This document shows, piece after piece, positions 12,800 to 23,470 of a DNA stretch of 64,000 bases. The notes beneath the pieces were generated by a model. It made no database searches and was not told where the DNA came from. It saw only the letters and a program-made list of their open reading frames with translations. Positions within the stretch are counted from its first letter, which is position 1; every line of letters starts with the position of its first letter. Both the position numbers and the translations under genes were made by a program. Source of the stretch: Negaprion brevirostris (Eukaryota); contig JARDVH010000121.1 of NCBI GenBank assembly GCA_030324005.1, forward strand, positions 30,770,704 through 30,834,703. The letters are read 5' to 3'.

Positions 12800-13971
12800 T
12801 GTTTGGTGTGATTTTCCCACCCTGCTATGCTGGTGGTTGGAGAGGGTAACCGGTAAGTAGCGCAAGGCTCATTACACTAGGTGAATCCTGATTTGCATCT
12901 CTTCAGTGAACCCGGATGGGGCAGTATTGGCCAGGCTCACTAATATTTCTGACCCTGCCGGGGAGGTCCATACCAGCAGGGGTTATGCATGGTCCCCAAC
13001 AAAGGGGACCAGATGTGATGGCCCCTCTGATGGAATGGTGGACATTGAGACCTCCTGAGAGGTCAGGGGCAGGGGGTGCCCCTAGGGCAGTGCCAGCTTA
13101 GCACTGCCATCTGGGATCCTGTTAGTGCCAGCCTGGCACTCTGGAACTGCCCGCTGGACATGCCAGCAGTGCCAGCCTGGCACACTGGCAAGGCCCAGTG
13201 GACACCAGGCAGTGCCAAGAGGGTGGCGCTTTAGGGGGTGGAGCCAAATAGAGAGGGCGAGGTCAGAGGGGAGGGAAGGGAGGACTCTGCATGGGAGGTG
13301 GGGGCTGGTGGTGGGGCTGGCACTCAGAGGCTGGCAATTAAATGAGAGCAGGTGGGGTCAAGACTGGTGATTGGCGATGGGCAGCCAGGAATGGCGATGT
13401 CCAGGGATTGGCATGGGGGCGGTCGGGGCTCGTGATGTCCATTGGAGGAATGGGCGAGGTGGGGGAGGTGAGGGAAACAGGTGGGTCAGGGATGGTGACT
13501 AGGAGGCAATTGAGGATGTGGGGGGGAGGCATATCAACCGATCTCCCGGTAAACTGAGAGATTGGCGCATGCACAGTGTCTCCCCTCGTCAGTCTGAAGC
13601 TGGCCTCTCAAGCAGGGTTAGGTCACAGCCCCCTCCAACCACCATGAATCGCTTGCCAGCCTGTTGTGTTGCACAGAGTGCCATAAATTAATTTCATTAG
13701 ATTTGCCCAAAAAAATTAGTGGTAAAACCTCCCATTTTTCTGTCCGTTGGGCATTTAATTTTGGGAGGGAAAATCGCGGCCATTATGTTGTTACATGATT
13801 TGTAAAGAAATCAGAACTAATTGTTGTGAGAATGTACATCTGAGTATCACATTTCACTACTCAACTGGAGTTGTGCGTCGAGCAAGGAGGGAAGAAAGAG
13901 TGCACTTGAAATACAGCTCCAGCATTTTGAATCTAAAATGTGAATAATTCTAATTAATGGGAACCAGAAGA
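12800..13971 (+). repeat. 3' LTR of the Gypsy element, interrupted by a MITE after ~4 bp
   Basis: PPT followed by TGTT, then the MITE, then 13782-13971 homologous to the 5' LTR. Confidence 0.75.
12804..13781. mobile_element. Harbinger-type MITE (~980 bp)
   Basis: TIRs tggtgtgattttccc ... gggaaaatcgcggcc (differences mostly consistent with CpG decay); GC-rich body with TGCCA/TGGCA array. Confidence 0.75.
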
Positions 13972-15794
13972 CATCCCTTCAATTAATTTGCGATAGATAA
14001 ATTTAGGCTCTTTCATTATTACCCTGTCCTAAAATGAAGATCTCTACTGCCTTTTCGCCCTTTCAACTACTCAGCCCTAATGAAAAACCCTAACTTCCTG
14101 AAGTCTGTCTTCATAACTGTATCCCCTCCACCCTGGGGTAACACCCTCATGGATTTATGAGGTGCCTTTTCCTTACAGTGGAATGCTTCAAACCGTGCAC
14201 CTTAATCGCGACTCATTTGACCGAAGTTTAACATTGCCAACTTATTTTTTTGTCTTTTCAAGAAATGGGAAAGCGAATGTATTATTTAATAAAGTGCTTC
14301 TTACCTGAGGTTGTGCTTGAATATTGCATTTTTCTGCCTTTCTACCTTTGTCAAACAAAATAGGTGGTAAAATTTCCCTGGCACATTGTGAAATGCAACC
14401 TATTTAAGAATGATATTCAAATGAGCCTATAATATGAATGAGCAGCACTAAAGTGGGTCAATGGATAACAAGCTAACTAAAGCCAGGCAGTAGTCATTTT
14501 CTGTTGTCTTAACATAACTAACATTTGCCATAGCTTGCGATGATCATCGCAATGTCAACATTCAATTCACTTCAAACATGCAATGTACTAATCCAAGTTT
14601 TAATCTTATCATGTGTAACCATACCATGGATATTGTATGTTTGGAGTGAACGGATGTACTGCATTGATGTTCAATGCTGGAAGTAAGAATTTCCTAAACT
14701 TGATTGTGTAAGTTTTTTAAGTTGTCCAAAAGGCATTTGACATTTCCAGACTGTCCGTACTGCAAAGAGTTAAAGCGGCTTAATCTGAGTAAATTATAAA
14801 ACGTGACACAAATGTAATGAGTTGCCCAGGTCTTTAAAATACAGTAAAACAAAGTTGGCTGCGGTTATCTTCGATAAACTATGCTAATTTCAATTGAACA
14901 AAGCCAAACGTGGGATAGCAAGGAAATTATTTTAACTCCAATAATTGCAGATTTTGCAGTGTATCTTCCAGCATTGGTCAGAATGCATTACGAGTTAGAA
15001 AATGTCATGCAAGCCATTGTTCCCCCCACCCCTTTCTACTTTTATCTTTGTCACAGGTCCAGAGACATGATTTATAGTAACTATCCATCTTTCGGAGTCA
15101 TCCATCAAGGTCCTGTTTCAATACAGTAGCGCTTTGTTTTGTATAACACAGAAAAGCTGTCACTCATTCATTGCATGTAAATGGTGTTTGTCCGTTTTAC
15201 CTCTATTCCAGCAGAGCTCAGACACCCATGGGTAGCTTTTAACCGACTGAATTCAGGCTCAACTACATTGGGAGAATTACTTGCCTCAGTAAGTAACGCC
15301 ATTGCAATCTTTTAGAATTCTTTCTTCCACTAATTTATATTGGCATTCTGGTCTGAACAACTGGAACAAATAATCCTGTTTGTACCGACCTGGAGAATGG
15401 CCCATGCACAATCACTGCATTCTAGGTTATCGCACAACACATCTTGAAAATACCACAAAGCCTCAATTTCAGTGAAGGTGGAAGAGAATGAATTTTGCGA
15501 AAGAACTTGGCCACTTTTCAACCTTGTGGTTGCATGTGTGATTAATTGTTGTGCAAGCCATATTCAACTCACTTGTTAGAAGAATGACAAATGTACTCAA
15601 CATTCCATCGTAACAGATATTTTGCCTGGATTCCCTCACGCTGCTCTTAACAGGGTGCTCTTTAACACTCACCAAAGTGCCCTACTGCAGTTTCTCATGG
15701 AAGGTGATTTAGAATCCACAATATTCTTCCCCCCCATCACTCCCTTTTCAGGCTTAAAAAGACTGCAGACAATTAGAAAGTACCACATCATTTT

Positions 15795-16040
15795 TAAATG
15801 TATTTCTAGGATGTGGGTGTGGCTGGCTAGGCCTATATTTTTATTGCCCATCCATAAGAAGGTGGCAATGAGCTGCCATCTTGAACCTTTGCAGTCCATG
15901 TGGTGCAGGTGCACCCACAGTGCTATTAGAGACATTGTTCCAGAATTTTGACCCAGTGACAGTGAAGAAATGGTGATATATTTCCAAGTAAAGATGGTGA
16001 GTAGCTTGGAGGGGAACTTCCAGATTATGTTTCCATGCCC
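15795..16040 (-). mobile_element. LINE 3' end that shares its tail with the second SINE family
   Basis: ggctggctaggcc...tttattgcccatcc followed by gaaggtggcaatgagctgccatcttgaacc; a second copy lies at 61760-61850. Confidence 0.65.
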
Positions 16041-16089
16041 TTTTCCTTCTAGACGCTAGCAGTCAAGGATTTTCCTTGACATTCAAGAT

Positions 16090-16461
16090 TTGTGAAGTTG
16101 TCTGTTCTCACTCCAGAGGGAAAAAGGATATATATCAAATACCACAGAAGGACAAGTGGTAGAGGACCAAGATTCTTGAAAGCCTTCTGGCCACAGGAAG
16201 AGGCTGTACTAGATTTAATAGGCAGGTGGATCGGAGAACCTTTTGATAAGGATGAAGTTGGTAGCAAAGGCAAAGCAAAGGTTGTAGAGGCTCACCAAGT
16301 CACAGCTTATCAGCTTTCTTTTTACCGTACTGCAACATTCTTGCACTCACTCACTATTCTTTTGATTGCTGCAAAAACCTGTCCAAGGTCAATGGACCTT
16401 TTCGTGGTCTGCCCCTCGCCCACTCCAACTCCTGTGCAGGGCAAGATGGTAAAATTCACCC
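16090..16461 (+). pseudogene. Harbinger Myb/SANT-like accessory gene fragment with TIR
   Basis: HRRTSGRGP...PQEEAVLDLIG resembles the RxTGGGP...LTPxEExVLxIIG motif after the SANT domain; TIR ggtaaaattcaccc at ~16448-16461. Confidence 0.55.
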
Positions 16462-16519
16462 CATTATGTCGGGCTGACACTCTGTAGGAGTCATTCAGCC
16501 AGGGCCGTTCTCCACTTTA

Positions 16520-16658
16520 AAATAGAAGCAAATTACTGCAGATATTGGAATCTGAAACCAAAAGAGAAAATGCTGGAAAATCTCAGCAGGTCTGGCAGCA
16601 ACTGTAAGGAGAAAAAAGAGCTGACGCTTCGAGTCCAGACAACCCTTTGTTAAAGCTC
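16520..16658 (-). mobile_element. Penelope-associated short repeat ending in a hammerhead-like motif
   Basis: gcaaattactgcagat...aaaatgctggaaaatctcagcaggtctggcagca family; minus strand GAGCU-UUAACAA-AGGGUUGUCUGGACUC-GAAG-CGUC-AGCUC. Confidence 0.6.
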
Positions 16659-17084
16659 CATTTTAATCCTCTATCATTTTATAATATCCATGTTTTGATT
16701 ACAAAATATTTTGAACAAAACTAACTAAAGATAGTGAGGGCCAGCTATGATATGACTTAAAGAAGATGGTTAGTTGCTAATAAAAAGGAACCCAGATGAA
16801 AGATCACAGACCCAAACATTAGCCCAGATCTTCTGTTCTCGGCATCACCACAGACTGGATGTACAACCAAAAGAAGCGCGCTGACTCAGTGGGAATTGCA
16901 CACTGCAGTTGAACTTCCAACACAAAATTCCCCTATTCCCGGGACCCTCCGAAAAGTGTCCCACCTTCTGAGTTAGAATTGAAGATGTTGCACAGTTCTG
17001 CAGAACTTACCTTTAATATTAGAGAGCAAAATCCTAGCCTAATTCCTGGGTAACTTACAACTGAGCCACCTGTCACTCACACTG

Positions 17085-17385
17085 AACCTGCCATTGACTC
17101 CCTCCTCAACCCCTGACTTGGACCCCTGAGCATCTGACTACCTCTCCGAATCCCCTGACCTGACCCAACTGCCCCCCACCCAAGCCCCTCTCAACCAAGC
17201 TGACTACCCCTAACCTACCTCCCCCACCTACCACCCTGCCACTCCACCTACTTGCCATCCTGCTACCTCAACAACCTGCCATCCTACCCATCTATCACCT
17301 TAACCAATTGCCATACTACCCACTTGCCACACTCACCTACCCACTCTATACAGTCACTCATCTATTACCCATTCATACTGGGCAT
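17085..17385. repeat. C-rich degenerate low-complexity tract
   Basis: Repeated ccctgac / ctacc / tgcca units with strong C skew on the + strand. Confidence 0.55.
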
Positions 17386-17554
17386 TTAATCTACCCGTAC
17401 CGCAGGTTGTGCTGGGAAAAGGGGGTGTAGCTTTTGCACTAATGCTCTTTGCTGCACTTTGTGTGGATTCCCACGCTGAGAGGGATCTTTTGTGTTGTGT
17501 TGCGTTATCCAGATAAGTATATAGTTTTCTGTCTGATCAGCATTGGGCGTAGCA

Positions 17555-17660
17555 ATTCTGATGCTGATCAGAAGACTACGTACCATTAATTTTGTTTCGT
17601 CCTACACAGATGCTGCCAGACCTACTGAGATCTATCTTCAGCATTTTCTGTTTTTATTAC
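17555..17660 (+). mobile_element. Penelope-associated short repeat (decayed)
   Basis: cacagatgctgccagacctactgag...cagcattttctgtttttatt, the inverse of 16520-16658. Confidence 0.6.
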
Positions 17661-18202
17661 AGTTCAAGCTAGGCTTTGTTGGAAAACTGTTCACCAGGAA
17701 AGATAAGTCCACTTTGAAATGGGTGCATTTTAATCGTATGTTTAATGATTGTGGATTAAAAACAAGAATAATGTGAATGACAATTCCAGAGTGACAGCTC
17801 CATAAAACAATTGTTTTCAGTGTTAAGAACTTGCCTGACAGCTCGCTCTCAGTGAAAATAGCTGTCCTCAGCTGTATTCCCACAGGTGTATTACTATCTC
17901 ATTGATGTCAAGGTAGAAACTCTACAGTGAGAGTTGATGGTACGTTTTGTACATTGAAAAGGACAGGTTACAATGTGCAAACTAAGCCATAATAAAGATG
18001 TAACTGAATTTGAAAGCCTATATAGTGTGTTGCCCAAATATTCAGGCTCTGAAGCAGGTACTTTGCAATGTTGCTGATCATGGAGAGAATATGGCATCAT
18101 TTTGATCCATTACCACTTTTCTTTCAGGTGATTTGTGGGTACAGGTTATAAATTTCCATTGAGAATAGGACAATTCCTTTTAAGGATTAATTTATAATTA
18201 TA

Positions 18203-18414
18203 GGGGGCACAGTGGTTAGCACTGCTCCTTCATAATGCCAGGGACCTGGGTTCAATTCCAGCCTCGGGTCACTGTGTGTGTGGAGTTTTCACATTCTTCC
18301 CAAACAGGAATCAGCAGACTTAATATGGGGGGGTATGGAGATAGGGTTCTGCTGTCACTGCAGGCTCAATGGACTGAATGGCCTCCTGTGCTATGGGGAT
18401 TCTCTGATTCTATG
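18203..18414 (+). mobile_element. HE1/V-SINE with internal deletion
   Basis: ggcacagtggttagcactgct head, B-box ggttcaattcc, tail gaatggcctcct...gattctatgat. Confidence 0.85.
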
Positions 18415-18820
18415 ATAAAGCACCTTGTTACATCAAGATGCCCCAAATAATGCCAATTATCTAATGAATTTCTTTTTTTCAAAGTGTAATCACTGTTGTG
18501 CCAATGTGGCAACATATTTATACACATCATTGTCTCATTAACTGCAAATGAGATTAATGGTGAGTTATTATTTGGTAGGGTTGGTTGAAGAATGATGATG
18601 GCTACTAGCAGAACTACCTGCCTTAAATTGTGCTGTGGCATGAATGTCATCTTGGACCACTATAATAAGCAAACAGGATCTTGGTTTAGCATCTCACTAG
18701 AACAGCATGTTCAATAATTAACATTCATTCTCTGAACACTGCTTTGAAATGTCCTTTTGATATGTTGAATGGGTCTTATCCACCTTTCTTATTCCAGGAT
18801 GGGAGTCTTAGCAATTGATG
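18415..18820 (-). mobile_element. Old DeuSINE-like element
   Basis: aagtgtaatcactgttg, tggtagggttggttgaag and ttggtttagcatctca blocks resemble the other DeuSINE copies. Confidence 0.5.
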
Positions 18821-19884
18821 TTTACCATTGTTGATGTGACTTAAAAACAAATTCTTGATGAATTTTATTTGTGTCTTCAAAAATGTTCTCAAATTATGTA
18901 CCTTTTCAGATGACTTTTTCTTTCCAAATTTTACAATTTCATGATTTAATGCCCCAATTTGCATCAGTACCGAAAGTGCGTGAATCACACTACTAACCAA
19001 ATTGGTGAACTTTTGCTACACTACTTTCCGCAATGGTCAGCTCTCTAGTTCCTTGTGTAAGATTGTGTGCTTATTGGTGACACTTCTGGAGGGTTTTACG
19101 TTGTGGAGTTGAATGCATTAAGAGAAGAATTGAGAATGCCTGGCCTCAGTTTACTTAAGGATTCATATATATTCCTATAGAAAGGGAGGTCTTACATTCT
19201 GTCAGGTATCAGTGCATTGCAATACACTGGTCTGCATTCAAATCCAGTACAAAAGAATAGTATTGAAACCCATTGTACTGTCTATCCCAATTTACATGAT
19301 GTTTTAAAAGTGGTAGCAGATAGGAATTGGACACATTTCACTGATAAGTGCAAAGACCATCAGTGGACCTTGCCCACTGGCCGATTTTGAACACTCCATA
19401 TTTGCTCTCCACTTGCCACTTGGGAGCTCTCCTTTGTTTTTTGAGCCAGTTCCATAGAACTTCATTCAGTTACCAATTGACCAAAAGAAAAAGGTAGCAG
19501 GACAAGTTTAACTTTAAGGACTGACCTTTTCAGAATATACATAGCATAACTATACAGAGAATCAATCGCTGTTGGTGAGCATGCTATACAGGTAATGATG
19601 TACCTAACATTAGCAAAGTGTATCTGTTCAGTGAGTCATCATCAGTCAACGCTCAGAAGAGGAGCAAAAACAGTATTTCATTCTTGGTAGGCAAATTTAA
19701 ATTATATTGAAATAATCAGTTGATTTGTATTTATGCCTTTAAATCATTTCATAATAAAGGGAAAAGGCAAAAAATATTCATGTGACTCTCAAATCTCTAA
19801 AAGCATATCCACCTGATGGCAGAGATTGCATTTGGGAGATTGTACAATTATACAATAAAATTACCATTCCTCAGTTGAGACATT

Positions 19885-20408
19885 GGCTCAAATTTACAAT
19901 TGGCAAACTCGGAAGAATGGGTGCCCATCGTTCTTGCCAAAATTCAGAGGCGCTGCTATTTTTGGAAGAAATTTATTGGCTGCAGCTAGCCAAATTGAGA
20001 GGCTGGTTGTCGGTGAGCTTTATAGACCTGTGGCACCAGAGGAACATAGATAAGAAAGGAAGAGATTGTTTACCTAGGGGACATCAATGCAAGTGCCCAG
20101 AGTGTTCGTAAGGTGACATGGTCATTGATGCTGGGGTCAGGTGGAACAATTATTCAGCAGGAGGGGGAGTATTGCAATAGGAGATTGAANNNNNNNNNNN
20201 NNNNNNNNNNNNNNNNNNNNNNNNNNNNNNNNNNNNNNNNNNNNNNNNNNNNNNNNNNNNNNNNNNNNNNNNNNNNNNNNNNNNNNNNNNNNNNNNNNNN
20301 NNNNNNNNNNNNATTGCAGGCCATTGGAGATGTGGTAAGTGTATCGGGCTGTTGCTCTGGCGATTAACCAAGTAGCTTGGTGGGCTGAAGGGTCAAAATT
20401 CCTGTCCC
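19885..20408. mobile_element. MITE-like element
   Basis: Ends ggctcaaattta ... caaaattcctgtccc resemble the TIR family; contains an N gap. Confidence 0.35.
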
Positions 20409-21119
20409 TTCTCAATAATGCTGCAAAGGCACTTACCTGTTCCATCCATAGTACTTCCGTCTAGCTGCCGTGTTCCCCAAGGCAGCGGAAACTAGATTGG
20501 CCAGCAGAAAGAGAGGTGAAATGTTGGACATGCAACCTCACATAAAAGAGTGACCAATCTCCTGTGAGCAGGTTGAACATCTGCCAACCAACCTCTCTCT
20601 CACTCATCCGAACTCCGTTAAAACTGAAAGATTAAAGTTGGTTAGTTTTGAATTTGTTTTGTTTTACTTTTTAACTTCCGAACCACCTAAGATTAAGATT
20701 ACTTCCATGAAGCCTAATCTGGCATTCAGGTGATTTAGGTGCATGTCAAATTCCTATGATGTTATTTAAAGAAAGATATGAGGAATAAATATTTTCTGCA
20801 TTTTGATCTCCCTTAGCCAACATCCACAAGAATACAATTTAATTAGGTATTTGTTTAATTGCCATGTTTTCTGACATAACAGCAGTCATGATGCATTATA
20901 ACAATTCATTATTTGTGAATCGTTTTGAGAAGAATTATCGCATACGAAACCTCTCTTTTTCCTTGTGTTTGCTCTCCTGCAAAAGAACTCAAAATAATGT
21001 AAATACTTAGCCTGAATGTTGTCTTTTCAAATCATCTTCCATTTTCCTTTCTTTTTAATGATGATACCCGTGTAACCCACTGATTTTCTTTGGGTTGATA
21101 TTAACAAGGCACCAAGGTT

Positions 21120-21810
21120 CCTCGGCCCCTAGCTAGGGAGCATCCTGCAATGAGTAGAAAAGCTGCCCAACAGTCATTGAACGGCTGATTGTTAATAAAC
21201 TGGAAGGGGACTGCCACCGTCCCCCCCACCCCACCCAGAGAGAGCTGCAGGAGAATCGGAAGCTGTCAGCTATCAAGCGCCAGCAGCCACACCAGAAGCA
21301 GTGCACACTTCCAGTATTACACTGGAGTCTTCACCAGGGATTGTTGCTGGATCCTCAGAGAGAGTTAAATGTGTCAGGATGGCGTATAACACGGAGGGTG
21401 AGTGCTGGCAAGGTTGGGGGGATGAGGGCTGAGAGAGCGGGGGGGAGGGAAGGGGAACCTGGAGGCAGAGATAAACCCTGCAGAGGACCTCAAAAATGCC
21501 CAGGAGGCCAGGTAAGGATGTCCCAACCTGCCCATCACCAGCCCATGCAACCTTGTGAGCTGGCTGCTTGGCATGCATCTCCTTTGTGGCCAGTTAAATC
21601 CCAGTGGCAGCAGAATGGATACTTCAGTGGGAATCCATTGCTCATTAAAGATCCTCAATTGCCTCACTGATGTGTGGGCCACCCCCACCCCAACCTCCTG
21701 CCGCTGATGTAATGGTAGTGACAGGGATGGGCAGAAAGACAGTGGACAGATTGTCCATGGGTGTCACCCAGCTCCCCCACTACCTTCAACTTGCTGGCTT
21801 GGGAGCTTCA
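21120..21810. mobile_element. GC-rich non-autonomous DNA-transposon-like relic
   Basis: GC-rich island similar in style to the MITE bodies; TIRs not resolved. Confidence 0.35.
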
Positions 21811-22239
21811 AAGGAACCCCATAGTAGTGAAAAGTATAGTCCGCAGTGAGAACCATCATTGTTCTACACTACTTCATGCCTGTTTTCAGCAGTTGCCCCA
21901 TAGGTCACAGTAAAAGAGATAAATTGTAATGCTCACCTTTTCAGTCAAGCTGATTTCTGCCAAATCCCAAGATTGACGGCACAATCTATTGTAAAACTTG
22001 GTTCCAATCTTGTATCAGTTCACATGTGTTCCAATTAATAACCTGATGATAGACGAGTTCTTTCCAGAATCCATACAAATAACATAGGGTAAAATGTAAC
22101 TGACAGTAACTGAATCAACCAGCTCTGATATTTCAAAATCTTCCAATGAGGTATTGAACTTTTCACTATGGATTTACTACAGTTCTGAAATGAAGGCTGT
22201 AGCCACAGGGATGTCATCCACTTGCTGGAGAGCCCCCAT

Positions 22240-22858
22240 TGCTTATTTTCGGAAAGGCCCATTGGACGGCAGCAGCTCTTCCCTCAGGTTAAGGATCTTT
22301 ATGTTGGAAGCCCCGCCTACCGAGAGCTGCTGGCCAACTGGAGGATGGCAGCTCTCCATTGCTCGAAAGCGCCACCATGGAAGTGGTGGCTGCTGCAGTA
22401 AATTCACCCACTCAAGGCCCAGGATCTCCAGTGGACCCAGGCACAGGTGTGTAATGATTGGGGGGGACGAGTATTAAGGGGAAGTGGTTACATGGTGGAA
22501 AGGAATCGACAGCAAGGGGCAGGGCTGGCTATTAGTATGCACCTCACCTAAGATGCTGGTGGTTTTAAAAATAGATCACATTAACCCCGCCCGCACCCCC
22601 GCCCCCCTGAAGCCCATAAGCAACGCTGACGGTTTGCAATTTAGACACCTTGCATGGTCAGTTTCCCACCTCAACTGNNNNNNNNNNGTCCCCTTGTGGG
22701 CCTCATTTGGGGTGGGAAAGCTGTCAACTAGCCTTCCTGTCAGAGACTAAACTGAGGCAGAGGCAGGAAGGCAATAAGGTCTTCACCTGCAACCATCCCA
22801 CCTGATTAAATGCCCGCTCTACCAAACTCGTCACAGGAGAAGACATTGAATTCCACCC
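22240..22858. mobile_element. MITE-like element
   Basis: GC-rich body ending attgaattccaccc (TIR-like). Confidence 0.4.
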
Positions 22859-23119
22859 AAGTTATTGAAGCGCATGTTTTTGTCAGCTAACCTCAGTTCT
22901 TATCATCTACTACCGCCCCCACAGTACTGAGCAGGAGGATTACTTGGAAGCTGAAGAGGACACAATGGCTCTGAAATTTTGCTGTTGTGTACTGGCACAC
23001 GTTTATCTGAAATTCTTCTCTACTATGTTAGCAAAGGTGGTAAATGATGTAGAATCGCGGAGAGGAATTTCAGACACATTTTGTGTTGATACAATAGTAT
23101 CTCACATGTAACATCAATC

Positions 23120-23470
23120 CTCACATATTTTCTCAGCTGACATCAGACATATCAAAACTCATGCAGTCAGGTGGTGAATGATAGAATACTGGAACCTAGT
23201 CTTTATTCACTTCGAAGCTTTTATTTACAGAGACGCACATTGCATACTGTACACCTCCAACAAAATCCCCCTCTTTCAACCGTTTTTTTGCATAACCATC
23301 AAATTGACATAAAATTAACAAGAACTGTGTTAAAACTGAAGCTCACTTAAAAGTATCCTTCCAAACGTCACAGCATGGAGCTCAGTAGTTATGAGGATAC
23401 GTGGATGTTTCCTCAACCATATACAGTATATACAGTCTTTCTCCTAGTGAAAGAAGCTGTGAGCCTCTTA
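23120..23470 (-). mobile_element. Gypsy-like 3' end (pol end, PPT, LTR)
   Basis: Minus strand ...RLEGYF*, then PPT gaaagaggggga followed within 3 nt by TGTTGG, and an LTR-like body with aataaa. Confidence 0.45.

Larger units (their letters stand above)
7175..13971 (+). mobile_element. Full-length decayed Ty3/Gypsy LTR retrotransposon
   Basis: Paired homologous LTRs, PBS-like tgttggcactggg at 7374, PPT aaaggaagagaga at 12787-12799, internal gag-PR-RT-RH-IN order, possible CATC target-site duplication. Confidence 0.85.
6930..14330 (-). mobile_element. Old CR1 3' fragment split by the Gypsy insertion (pieces ~6930-7174 and ~13972-14330)
   Basis: Degenerate CR1 3'-end sequence ends at 7174; CR1-like sequence resumes at 13972 (aaaaaccctaacttcc...ttcataactgtatcccctccaccctggggtaacaccct). 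Confidence 0.5.
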
